The position numbers were made by a program, and so were the translations under genes. Shown here piece after piece: positions 52,934 through 62,685 of a DNA stretch of 64,000 nucleotides. The stretch is from Acidobacteriota bacterium (GTDB taxonomy: Bacteria; Acidobacteriota; UBA890; WLXD01). The notes under the pieces were generated by a model that saw only the letters and a program-made list of their open reading frames with translations, had not been told where the DNA came from and searched no databases. Location of the stretch: positions 160,001 to 224,000 of the forward strand of contig CAXWPH010000014.1 in NCBI GenBank assembly GCA_963666055.2, written 5' to 3'. Each line of letters begins with the position of its first letter. Position 1 is the stretch's first letter.

Positions 52934-54073
52934 TCATTCGGTTATCAGGCGACGTCCACGACGCTCCAGAATGGTGAACAGCGTGAGGATGAGCACAGCT
53001 TGCAGCAGCAGGGCTAGCGCGCCCACTGTGTCGGACCTCCGTACCGCCAGGGCGGCAAGCCCCAGGCAGACGTTGACGAGGAGGATGAAGACGACCGTCA
53101 CGGCACGATTTCCGAGAACAGCCTGCAATCGGTGATGGAAGTGGTCTTTTCCGCTGTAGTGGATCCACTCGTAGAAGGTCGTGACCTCGCCGCTGGTAAT
53201 TCGGGTCACGGTGATGTGGATCATGTCGTAGATGAGGATGCCGAATATGAGCAGCGGGTTGCTGATCGCCACCACAGGGTTTGCATCGCCCCAGTACCCC
53301 ATCAGCGCGATGCTGGCGAGAACGAAGCCCAGGAAGTTGCTCCCGGCGTCGCCCAGAAAGATGGTCGCCCGTTGGCCGGGCCGGAAATTGAATGGAAAGA
53401 ACCCGACGCAGCTTCCGACGACGGCCGCCGCGGCCCATCCCAGAGCGGGCTGGCCGGTCTGGTAGGCGACGGTCCCGGTGAATAGCCCGATCAATCCTGC
53501 CAGCCCGGGCCCCAGGCCGTCCATGCCATCGAGAAAGTTGAGCGCGTTGAGGATCCCCAGGATCCACAGGAAGCTGACGATCGCGTTGATGGTCTCGCCC
53601 AGGGGGCTGGTCCCGAACACCGTCGCCCTGGCGCCGGCAGCAACGCCCGCCACGGCCGCCAACATGAACACCGCGAGCTTGAGCCGCGTGCCCACCGGAC
53701 GAAGGTCGTCGGCGAGGGAGAAGAGGAAAACTCCGCTGGCGACGATCAGCGTCCTTGCCAGCCCCGGCGGCCACACCCCGTTGGCAACGATCGACGCCAC
53801 CACCCCCACATAGACCGCCACCCCGCCGAGGAGGGCGGTGGGGGCAGCGTGGATCTTCCGACCATCCGGCCCGTCCGGAATATCGAGGGCGCCCGCGACA
53901 TGGGCCAGTCGCCGCACCCACGGTGTGAGCAAGGCGGTGATCGAGAAGCTCAAGAACAGCACGTAGAGCCATCGGTTGCCGGGATCGAAGAACAGTCGGC
54001 GGACGGTCGGCAGCAGCAGCGCCACCACGAGCATGAGGAGTGTGGCGGAGCGCCACCCGGCGGCCTGAGTCAC
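52934..54073 (-). CDS. WecA/MraY-type polyprenyl-phosphate HexNAc-1-P transferase (GT4)
   Basis: RKIH...LLGG, LADD, NALNFLDGMDGL, IFLGDAGS, HFHHRL; GTG overlaps the DegT stop. Confidence 0.9.
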   Translation of the reverse strand: MTQAAGWRSATLLMLVVALLLPTVRRLFFDPGNRWLYVLFLSFSITALLTPWVRRLAHVAGALDIPDGPDGRKIHAAPTALLGGVAVYVGVVASIVANGVWPPGLARTLIVASGVFLFSLADDLRPVGTRLKLAVFMLAAVAGVAAGARATVFGTSPLGETINAIVSFLWILGILNALNFLDGMDGLGPGLAGLIGLFTGTVAYQTGQPALGWAAAAVVGSCVGFFPFNFRPGQRATIFLGDAGSNFLGFVLASIALMGYWGDANPVVAISNPLLIFGILIYDMIHITVTRITSGEVTTFYEWIHYSGKDHFHHRLQAVLGNRAVTVVFILLVNVCLGLAALAVRRSDTVGALALLLQAVLILTLFTILERRGRRLITE

Positions 54074-55284
54074 GAATCTTCCGCACCGTGCGATGCCGAG
54101 ATGCGGTTGCCTCGCACGGCGCGACGGAAGCGGTCCACGACCATTCCGGCCTCCTCGTCGGTCAGTGCCGGGAACAACGGGATCGAACAGGCATGCTCCC
54201 AGGCCCACCGACAGCCCGGCAGCGATTCGAGCCGCTCGCGCACCGCTTCCGGCAACCAGCCGACCGGCCGGCGGCAGGCAAGCCCGAGGGCTTCGGTGCG
54301 CTGCAGTACCCCGGTGAGGTCGGTGTCGATCGTCACCACGAATCGATAGTACTGATGCGTGCGATCAGCCGGCTGCGCCGGCAGCGTGATGGGCAGATCG
54401 GCGAGGTCCTCCCGGAAACGGGCGGCGAGCGCCTGGCGCCGTTGCAGCAGCTCCGGCAGCCGGCGCAACTGGGCGAGCGCCACCGCCGCCTGCAGGTCGG
54501 TCATCTTGAAGTTGAAGCCACCAATCGAGCTTGCGCCGTGCGAGCTCGGGTCTGGCGCACTTGCGGTCGGCTCGACAGCCTGGCTGTCGCAGTCCCGGGC
54601 GCCGGCGGCATCGGGTTCGTAGTTACGGTCGCCGGCGACGCGCGCCAGGAGCTCACGGGCGGAGCTAAGCACCATGCCACCCTCACCGGCGCCCAGCAGC
54701 TTGGTAGCGTAGAACGAACAAACGGACGCCTGTCCGAAAGCTCCCACCGGTCGGCCACGGTACTCGGCGGCCAGCGTCTGTGCACAGTCTTCGATGACCG
54801 GCGGACCGAGCGCTAGCAGCGGTTCCAGATCTGCGGGTAGGCCGAACAGGTGCGGGACGATGATGGCCCCGCATCTCGAGGTCAGACGCCGCCCCGCGTC
54901 CGCCGGGTCCATATTCCAGGTTTGGGTGTCGCAATCGACGAAGCACGGCGTTGCCCCAGCGTGGCGGACCGCCTGCAACACAGCTGCACAAACGTACCCC
55001 GGAAGCAGGACCTCATCGCCTGGTCCCACGCCGAGCGCTCGCAGCGCCAGGTAGAGCGCGGCGGTGGCCGAGCTCACCGCTACCGCCCCGAGAGAGCCCG
55101 GCGGGGCTGTGCCCACCGTCGCCGCCATGGCGCTCTCGAGCTCCGCGACCCGTGGTCCCTGGGCGAGCCAACCCGAGCGAACGACCTCCTGCAGGGCGGT
55201 TTCCTCGGCGCTACCGATGGACAGGCGTGAGTGCGGGATCTCCTGCCCGGACGCGGCGCAGGGGGCCGTGCTCGGAGACTCCAT
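54070..55284 (-). CDS. DegT/DnrJ/EryC1/StrS nucleotide-sugar aminotransferase
   Basis: SGWLAQGP, VSSATAAL, IEDCAQ, SFYATKLLGAGEGG, NFKMTDLQAA. Confidence 0.92.
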   Translation of the reverse strand: MESPSTAPCAASGQEIPHSRLSIGSAEETALQEVVRSGWLAQGPRVAELESAMAATVGTAPPGSLGAVAVSSATAALYLALRALGVGPGDEVLLPGYVCAAVLQAVRHAGATPCFVDCDTQTWNMDPADAGRRLTSRCGAIIVPHLFGLPADLEPLLALGPPVIEDCAQTLAAEYRGRPVGAFGQASVCSFYATKLLGAGEGGMVLSSARELLARVAGDRNYEPDAAGARDCDSQAVEPTASAPDPSSHGASSIGGFNFKMTDLQAAVALAQLRRLPELLQRRQALAARFREDLADLPITLPAQPADRTHQYYRFVVTIDTDLTGVLQRTEALGLACRRPVGWLPEAVRERLESLPGCRWAWEHACSIPLFPALTDEEAGMVVDRFRRAVRGNRISASHGAEDS

Positions 55285-55301
55285 GTTCCGGGCGGACAAC
55301 C

Positions 55302-55929
55302 TCAATGTCCCTCGTCGATGTTGATGAACAACCGCAAGGGCACGAACCCTTCGGCGTTGGTGACGCGCGCCTGCACTCCGCGGAAGTGGGCGGCGGCACG
55401 GCTCACGTCGGCGATGCTCAGATCCTGGATGTTCGTTCTCGAGACTTGCGAGCCGTGCGCCCCCAGCGCGTCCACCTTGCGCTCCAGGACCTCGTGGATA
55501 TCGACGAACACGGTGGGCGAGAAGTTCTGGGTCGTGGGGCCTTCGTAGAACAAGACGTTGCGGGTGTATCGCGTCGCGGTAATCGTCGCCGTCGCCAGAT
55601 TCCGGTGATCCTGGTGGGTGTCGTCCGGCGAGTGAACGAAGATGAACACCGGATCGATCTCGGCGATGACGTTCTCCAGGCGTCGGATCAGGGCACGATC
55701 GAGAGGGACCTCGGTGTCCTTGTAGCCCCCCCAGTAGCAATGCTCGCAGCCCATGAGTGCTAGCGAGGCCTCTTGCTCCTTTCGCCTCAGGTCGGGGTCG
55801 CCGCCGGCCTCCCCGCTGGTCATTATCATGACGTGGATCTGATGCCCGGCCTGGGCGTACTTGATGAGCGCCCCCCCCACAACCGAACTCGATATCGTCG
55901 GGATGCGAACCCAGGGCCAGGATTCTCAT
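55302..55929 (-). pseudogene. PIG-L family deacetylase, frameshifted at a G8 tract (55871-55878)
   Basis: MRILALGSHPDDIEFGCGG is in one frame and GEAGG...DTHQDH...AEGF in another; G7 would restore the frame. Confidence 0.85.
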
Positions 55930-56597
55930 CTCACACTCCTGGTCGGCTGGCCCGCCACCGGCCGCGCTGATGATCGCTCTGAGGCTGCCGGAATCCCCGG
56001 GTGCGCGGCAACCCCCGTGGATCTGAGAACGGAGAGGCTCTCCCGGCCGCAGTTAAGCAAGAGATCTACGATCGACAGGTGGGGCTCGAAGCCTCCGAAA
56101 CACTGCGGGTACACAGGATGACCGTACTCCTGGAAGCGCACCTCGATGCCCACCGCTTCGAAGGCAGCAACGTCCATGTACTGACGCCCGCCGGCGCCGG
56201 CCAGGTAGACGTCGGCCTCGAGCGCCAGGCAAAGGCCGACCAGCCGGCCCGTACGTCCGCTATCCGTGTCGATCGTCGATGAGAGAAAGATCGGTGTGTC
56301 GAGGCCGAGATCCTCGGCGATCGTATGGATGAGGTCGATGTTGAGCGGCGCAAGATGCGTGTGCCCATTGCCCAAGGCCGCCTCGATCAACGGCAAATAG
56401 ACATCGCGATGCGGCGCTCGCGCGTAGCTGAGCTGCAGCGCCCGGAGGTGCTTGCGCTGCCACGCGGAGCGCCGGTCGATCTCGACTTCCACGATCGACG
56501 CCGGGTAACGGTGGCGCACCGGGACGGTCAGCCACTGCCAGCCCTCATGGGTCCTGATGCGGTTGCGATTCTGCCATTCGTTCTTCTTGAACTGGAC
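55926..56597 (-). pseudogene. WbqC family protein, 5'-truncated
   Basis: VQFKKNEWQNRNRIRT...WLTVPV, WQRKH, YPQ, LSIVDLLLN; the N-terminal HQP segment is replaced by Wzc sequence. Confidence 0.82.
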
Positions 56598-58381
56598 GGC
56601 AACACGAACAGGTTGTCGAGCCCTGGGGTCAGCAACACGCCGTCCATACCGAGATCGCCGAGGACGATATCCGTGATTCTCTGCACGGCATCCGCCAGCG
56701 GCATACCCATGGAGAGAACGTTGATCAGGCCGCGATCGTTATCGAGCCCGAAGCATTTCTCGACGTTCGGTCGTCGGAGGTCGGCACCCACCACCAAGGT
56801 CTTGTGACCCATCTGAGCAAAGACAACTGCGAGGTTCGCCACCGTCGCGCTCTTACCCTCGCCGAGGACAGCGCTGGTCACCACAATGATCTTGCCCTCG
56901 TCGTTCGGGAGCTTCTCTCGGATCGTCGTTCGGATCGCCCGGTACGCCTCTGCAACGGGACCATTCGGATCGGAGTGCGCCACCAACGAGGCGAGCTCCG
57001 GGAAGTTGCGGGAGCCGGCGCCGGCGCGCGGAACCACCTCGGCCAACCGCTTTCGGCTCGTCTGCAAGTCAAACGGCGGAATCACTCCGATGACCGGGAC
57101 CTCGAGGAGGCTCTCGACCTCCTCGATGGCGCCGAGCGAGGTATCGAGGCTCTCGGCGATCAGGGCGACGACTGCGCCCATGAGCAGCCCGAGCGCCAGT
57201 GCCACCAGGACCTTTATGCGCCGGCCCGTCCTCGCGGTGCCACTCGCCAGGACCGGGCGCTCCACTACGCTGACTTCCGGCACTGTTCCGGCCTCTCGAA
57301 TGCTGGCTCGCTGATCCTCGGCGTTGAGCAACAGGTACATCTGCTCGTTGACCTCTACCTCGCGCTCCATACGGCCGCGCTGGACGTCGTGGGATGGGAG
57401 CGCTCGCAGCTTGCCATCGAGTCGGTCTCGATCGGCAATCAGACGGGCGCGGACGCCGACGAGCTCCGCCCTGAGGACGGATAGCGAGACGCTGAGTTTC
57501 TGGTCCAGTCTTTGTACCTCCGGCGAGCGCAGCGTCTGGTAGAGGAGCAGCTGCTCGCGCTCTTGCCGCAAGCGCAGCAGCGCGTCCAGCAAGCTCTGGA
57601 CACCGGGTTCCCGCAGCGACAGGCGTGACAGAAAGCCGAGCCTCATTACGGAGGACGGATCGAGGTTGTCGTCGATGAGGTCGATCTGCACCCCGATCGC
57701 CGTGATGTCCGTCTCCACACCTTCCAGTTCCTCCTGCGTCTGTGCGTGCTCGCCCGAGGAGAGGCTGACCGTTGCCGCGTTCTCGAGGTTGAAGGCAGAC
57801 AGGGCGTCCTCGGCCTGCTTGAGGGCCTGCCGGTAGTGCTCGAGCTGCTGGGCGATGTGCCGGCGGCTCTCGATCACCTCCTGGTTGAGCCGGTAGGTGT
57901 GCTGTTCGACATAAACATCCATGACGGTGTTGACGATGCTAACAACCTCGTCAGGGTCGTCGCGCTCCGCGGTAACCGCCAGCAAGCTCGTCCACTGCAC
58001 AGGCTCCGCTGCGACCGACGAGCTGAGATCCATCAGCACGCGGAAGTAGGACCTGTTCTCGAGAATTGCCTCGTCGCTCGCCGTCTCCGGGATCCGTCCC
58101 AGACGTCTGCCCACCTCCTTCATGACGTCCTGGCCAGTGACGATCTCGGCCTGGGTTTGGAGATAGTTGCCAAGCTCGTAGGAGCGCGACCCGACGAGCC
58201 CGGACTCGGTCGTCGGGGTCCTCTTGGACACCTGGATTCGCCCCCACGCCTGGAAGCTGGGCTCGGGCACGGGAATCAGCGAATAGGCTATCAACCCGGC
58301 CAGAATCGGCAGGCACACGATGATCCAGAAGCGCTTGCGGAAGATCCGGATGTAGTCCTGAATCGTCAGATCGTAATGCAT
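56594..58381 (-). pseudogene. Wzc/GumC-type polysaccharide co-polymerase/tyrosine kinase, 3'-truncated
   Basis: DYIRIFRKRFW, coiled coils, AEAYRAIRT, GEGKS, ADLRRP; breaks at NLFVLPS, before Walker B. Confidence 0.85.
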
Positions 58382-58403
58382 CGTTCGTCCCTCCTCGGGA
58401 CGC

Positions 58404-59482
58404 TCAGCGGACCAGTTGCACGAGGATTGCGATCTCCACGAGCGTGCGGAGCGCCGGGAAGATCTTTTCGAGGAACTTCCCGACTCCTCCCTTGCGCTCG
58501 ACGACGATGAGGTCCCGCGCGTTCAGGCGCAGGTCGCGACCGAAGTCACCCTGCGCCAGGATCGCCTGGACGTCCACCGGGAGGAGCTTCGCCTTGGCCC
58601 CCGTGGCATCGTGGCGCGCGACATAGGTCTTCTTGGGGTCCGCATCCTTGGTGAAGCTCCCGGCCATGGCCAGGGCATCCATCACGGTGAGCCCCTCGTG
58701 GAAGCGAAACGCTCCGGGGTTCGCGACCTCGCCGAGCACGAAGATGCGCCCGCCGCCCACCGAGTGCGGCGGCAGGTACACCACGTCCCCGTCATCGAGA
58801 ACGGGGTTGTTCCCAACGTGCCCCTTCAGCAGGGCAGCCGACAGGTCGAGGGTGGTCGGCTGGCCGTCACGGATGAGCTGTACCGCCGAGAGATTGGCCT
58901 CGGCCGTGGCCCCGCCGTGGTCGAGAATGAACTCGATTAGGGTCGTCCTGCCCTTCAGCGCATACTCACCGGCGCCTCCGCCTGCCGGCATCTGGCGAGT
59001 TGCGAGGACCTCGCCGAGCAGTGATGCGGTCCACGCACGGTACTCCTCGACCTCGATCTCGACGTAGGCCGACGGGGCAAACTCGCGCAGCCGAGTCATG
59101 AGGGTTTCGCCGACCTGTGTCGGCGAGCTGTGGGCGACCTCCACTCGGCCCATGTCAAACAGTGCCAGGAAGATCGACCCATCCGGCTTCACCCGCGCCC
59201 TGACGATGACGGGCTCAGGGCCGACGAAGATCGTCGCCTCCAAGAGATCTCCCACACCGATGCGGTACTCGGAGAATCCGCTGACGGTCGTGAAGGTGGA
59301 ATTCTCGACCGGATTCGGCGCACCGATGACCGGAGCGCGATCCGCGCGCGTGACCTCCTCGCGCGGCTGAACCATCGAGGGTTCGAGGGGCGCTTGCCGC
59401 ACCGTCGGCTGCGATGGTCCCGGACCCGATTGCACCGGCGACGGCGACGGCTCTACGATCGACGGCGCCAGTGGCGGCGTTT
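58404..59482 (-). pseudogene. Polysaccharide export protein (Wza/SLBB), 5'-truncated
   Basis: EYRIGVGDLL, VKPDGSI, VLGEVANPG, DALAMAGSF; no signal peptide; abuts the integrase fragment. Confidence 0.78.
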
Positions 59483-59748
59483 TTCGCGGGGTCGAGTCCG
59501 AGCCTAACGCTGCGGAGGATCTCCTTGGCTTGCTCTCGCGCCTCTGCCAACGAAAGCAGCGATGCGTCCCCCAAGGTGACGCGCGGCCGCTTGCTCTTGC
59601 ACCAATACGACACGCTGTAGGAACGACGGCCGGATGCGCTCCCGCGCAGCACAAGGTCGGGGACGACGGTGTCTTGGTAGTCGACGCGTCCTTGCGTCGG
59701 TGGTGCGATACCTTTGATTCCTTGATGTGAGAGTTTGATTCTAGGCAT
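59483..59748 (-). pseudogene. Tyrosine integrase N-terminal arm-DNA-binding domain remnant
   Basis: MPRIKLS...DTVVPDLVLR..SGRRSY...RVTLG...SLAEAREQAKEIL...GLDP (DUF4102-like); core-binding and catalytic domains are absent. Confidence 0.82.
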
Positions 59749-59793
59749 GTGCTGGTTTTCCGTGGTCTGGGGGTCCGTTGGGGCTTGGTTTTG

Positions 59794-59910
59794 AGCGCTA
59801 CTCTCTGCAACAAGATGATACCAACCGCTACACCGTAAATTCACGTAACTCGTTTTTAATCAGTAGTTTACGGTTTCAACTTGTTGCAGAGCGTTGCAGA
59901 CGGTAGCGCT
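59794..59910. repeat. Inverted repeats around an AT-rich spacer between the integrase and att
   Basis: CTCTGCAACAAG / CTTGTTGCAGAG and AGCGCTAC / GTAGCGCT flank GTAACTCGTTTTTAATCAGTAGTTTA. Confidence 0.6.
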
Positions 59911-59915
59911 TGAAT

Positions 59916-59932
59916 CCGACGACATGTCAGCA
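59916..59932 (+). repeat. att-like direct repeat, right copy
   Basis: CCGACGACATGTCAGCA, identical to 50024-50040. Confidence 0.85.
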
Positions 59933-59959
59933 TCACTCGACTCCGCCGGTTGGCGGTTC

Positions 59960-59988
59960 TTGACAGCTTTTCGGCACCGGCCTATCGT
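59960..59988 (+). promoter_or_regulatory. Candidate sigma70 promoter
   Basis: TTGACA-17 nt-TATCGT about 100 bp upstream of the CDP-alcohol phosphatidyltransferase gene. Confidence 0.55.
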
Positions 59989-60089
59989 AGCCGCGCTTTG
60001 CGGGGACGACGGCATATCGAGGGTAAGAACAGCGCTCGATCCGTGCACAGAACCCGACCGACCGACGATCCGCGACGCACTGGGATGAC

Positions 60090-60827
60090 ATGATCAGCGA
60101 GAGACTCGGACGCGGCGGGACGGTGCTCAAGGACGCTGTCGCGGCGGTCATCGGGGGGCTAGGAATCCCCCCGAACGTGCTCACGCTCTCGTCGCTGATC
60201 CCGATGATGATCGCTGCATGGAGCCTGGCGCAGGGTCGGCCATTCGCCGCTGCCGGGTGGATTGTTCTCGGTGGCGCGCTAGACCTTATCGACGGGGCGG
60301 TGGCACGCGCCTACGGTACGACGACCGAGTTCGGTGCGGTGCTCGACTCGGTGGTAGATCGAGCCTCGGACACGCTCGTTCACATCGGCGTCGTCTATCA
60401 CTTCCACACCCTGGGCGAGCCGCTCTACGTCGTGCTCAGCGCTGTATCGTTGGGCGGCTCCTTGGGCGTGTCCTATACGCGTGCGCGGGCCGAGAACGTG
60501 ATCCCGGAGTGCCGCGTCGGGTTCACCGAGCGCGGCGAGCGACTCGTGCTCTTGATGCTGGGGCTGTTCGCTGGACGTCTTGCGCAGGCGGTGACGCTGC
60601 TCGCCTTCCTGGCGTGGCTGACCACCGTGCAGCGCTTGCTGCACGCGTACCGCATTCTGCGGCGACGGCGCTGCGATCCCGACCAGGGTGCGCCACTGCC
60701 TCAAGGGCTCGAAGCGTGGGGAACCGTGGGGCGCTGGCTGTTCCTGAACTGGCCGCGCGGGTCGTGGCAGTACGACCTGGTCTGCGCCGCGATCATCGCC
60801 GCGTTGCTCGCGTTGCCGGGCGTCTAG
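60090..60827 (+). CDS. CDP-alcohol phosphatidyltransferase (PgsA/PIS-like)
   Basis: PNVLT, DLIDGAVAR...FGAVLDSVVDR, SYTRARAE. Confidence 0.92.
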   Translation: MISERLGRGGTVLKDAVAAVIGGLGIPPNVLTLSSLIPMMIAAWSLAQGRPFAAAGWIVLGGALDLIDGAVARAYGTTTEFGAVLDSVVDRASDTLVHIGVVYHFHTLGEPLYVVLSAVSLGGSLGVSYTRARAENVIPECRVGFTERGERLVLLMLGLFAGRLAQAVTLLAFLAWLTTVQRLLHAYRILRRRRCDPDQGAPLPQGLEAWGTVGRWLFLNWPRGSWQYDLVCAAIIAALLALPGV

Positions 60828-60862
60828 TGTCCTGACTCAGGACACTAGCAGGCCGTGGTGGA
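60824..60862. repeat. Family B palindrome plus a family A terminal repeat between convergent stop codons
   Basis: CTAGTGTCCTGA-C-TCAGGACACTAG (60824-60848), then CTAGCAGGCCGTGGTGGA. Confidence 0.8.
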
Positions 60863-61696
60863 GGCGTTGTGGGGCTGGTTAAGGCACGCGAGTCGGAAGG
60901 CCTGCCGATCGACCGAGGGCTCGATCTCCACGGCGCCGATAGTCAACTCGAGGACCGCACGGTGCTGCGGCCAGCTTAGCTGCAAGTGCCCACTGGGGGG
61001 CCCCCGGCGCGGATCCCATCCGTCATAGGTGGTGATCAGACGAAGTGACCCGGTGTCGTCGAACCGCTCGATGCGTTGGATCTGCTGGGAAGAGGGATCG
61101 AAGACGATGCGTCGAAGCAGCCGTACAGGGTCCGTCGCCATCAACATCAGCGCCACCTCACCTGGACGTCGCTCAACGACCGGCGACGCCCCGCCTGCGG
61201 AAACCGCTGACACGACTTGTGGCAACAGCGCATCGGCGATATCAAGCGGTGCCAGCACCAGATGCGGCCGCGATCGACCGCTGGAAGGCAGGCGAAGCGC
61301 GTCGTGCACCTCGGGCTCGGCAGCGCTGCCGAGTCGGAGCTCCAGCATGCGACCGTCGCTGGCCATCACGACGTCGCCCCCAGACCCCGTCAGACGAGCG
61401 GCGAATGCGCCGCTTCGCGCTACCAGCAGCGTTCCCTCGAGGCTGACGCAACGATCTCGGTGACAGGCGCCGATCCTCGCTTGGAGCCGTATTAGACGGG
61501 CGCGAAAGCTGCTGGCAATCTCCGCCAGCTGCTCTGCGGTCGACTCAGCAAACGGCGTTGCTGCCGATGGCGGTATCGTTGTCGGCGGCGACGCGCTGCC
61601 TCCACAGGCAGCCACTCCAACGACCAAGAGCAACGATGCGATCCACCGCGCCTGCAGGAGCCCACGCGGCCTGCTAGTAGCGCCGGCGAACAACAA
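60845..61696 (-). CDS. Hypothetical lipoprotein, possibly LolA/LolB-like fold
   Basis: Lipobox VAAC; beta-rich body; C-terminal ...VDRQAF; start uncertain. Confidence 0.55.
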   Translation of the reverse strand: MLFAGATSRPRGLLQARWIASLLLVVGVAACGGSASPPTTIPPSAATPFAESTAEQLAEIASSFRARLIRLQARIGACHRDRCVSLEGTLLVARSGAFAARLTGSGGDVVMASDGRMLELRLGSAAEPEVHDALRLPSSGRSRPHLVLAPLDIADALLPQVVSAVSAGGASPVVERRPGEVALMLMATDPVRLLRRIVFDPSSQQIQRIERFDDTGSLRLITTYDGWDPRRGPPSGHLQLSWPQHRAVLELTIGAVEIEPSVDRQAFRLACLNQPHNASTTAC

Positions 61697-62666
61697 AATC
61701 CGGTAGCTCGGCCAACGCGTCGCGCGCTTCGCTCGGGGGCAACACAGTCAGGGCCGTGCGCGCCTGCTCAGCGTAGCGCTGCGCCGCCTGCAACGTTGCG
61801 TCCAGGCTGCCGGCGGCTCGCATTCCGTCGACCACCTCGCCGAACCCACGGGCCACACGATCGGCGTCGCCGAGGCACGAAACGGCCAGGCTTCGCACCG
61901 ATCCGTCGCCCTCGCGCAGCAGATGAATGAGAGGGAACGTCATCTTGCCCTCGCGTAGGTCCGTGCCAGGGTCTTTGCCGAGATGGGCCACGTCGGCATC
62001 ATAGTCGAGCAAGTCATCAATAAGCTGGAACGCGAGACCCACGTCGTGGCCGTAACCGGCGAGCGCCGCTTCCTGTTCCGGTGATGTATCCGCAAGGACC
62101 GCCGCCGCCTGGGCACAACCGGCGAAAAGCGAAGCCGTCTTGCGATCAATGATGTCCATATAGGTGTCCATGTCGAGCTCGGCGTCCCCGTTGTGGATCA
62201 CGTCTAGCATCTCCCCTTCGACCAGGCGTGAGGTCGCATCGGTGAGCACCTCCACCAGGCGAAGCTTGCCGAGCGCCACACTCATGGCCAGCGATTTGGC
62301 GTACAGGTAGTCGCCGAACAGAACGGCGAGCCGATTGCCCCAAACGCGATTAGCGGGTTTCTGTCCGCGCCTCACCTCGGCGCCATCGACGATGTCGTCG
62401 TGAACCAGCGATGCTGTATGGATGCACTCGACAATGACCCCCAGGTCGACGTCACCGGTGCCTTGGTAGCCACATGCTTGGGCGCAGAGCGTCACGAGCG
62501 CCGGACGCACTCGCTTGCCACCGTTGTCCAACAGGTAGGTCGCAATCTCGCGTACCAACGGGATGTCGGAGTCGCGCAGGGCCGCGATCTCGCGCTCGAC
62601 GAGCTCCAGCCGGTCTTTCGCAAGGTGAAAGGCGGCGATCTGGGTAACGGGGTGGCCGTCGCGCAT
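61674..62666 (-). CDS. Polyprenyl diphosphate synthase (IspB/HepT-like)
   Basis: GGKRVRP, HDDIVD..RRG, KTASLF, FQLIDDLLD, GKD, DLREGK. Confidence 0.93.
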   Translation of the reverse strand: MRDGHPVTQIAAFHLAKDRLELVEREIAALRDSDIPLVREIATYLLDNGGKRVRPALVTLCAQACGYQGTGDVDLGVIVECIHTASLVHDDIVDGAEVRRGQKPANRVWGNRLAVLFGDYLYAKSLAMSVALGKLRLVEVLTDATSRLVEGEMLDVIHNGDAELDMDTYMDIIDRKTASLFAGCAQAAAVLADTSPEQEAALAGYGHDVGLAFQLIDDLLDYDADVAHLGKDPGTDLREGKMTFPLIHLLREGDGSVRSLAVSCLGDADRVARGFGEVVDGMRAAGSLDATLQAAQRYAEQARTALTVLPPSEARDALAELPDFVVRRRY

Positions 62667-62685
62667 TTCTTAGCGTGCTGGTGGC

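Larger units (their letters stand above)
50024..59932. mobile_element. Decaying integrative genomic island
   Basis: Flanked by an identical 17-bp direct repeat; integrase remnant just inside one end; accessory cargo; internal deletion junctions. Confidence 0.82.

Noticed and set aside
54070-55929. 619-aa PIG-L/DegT fusion and 469-aa ORF 58404-59813
   Set aside because: They are artefacts of the G8 frameshift and of the integrase/Wza junction respectively.
59750-60089. tRNA at the island boundary
   Set aside because: No cloverleaf or GTTCGA T-loop was recognised; the direct repeat matches the kinase start instead.
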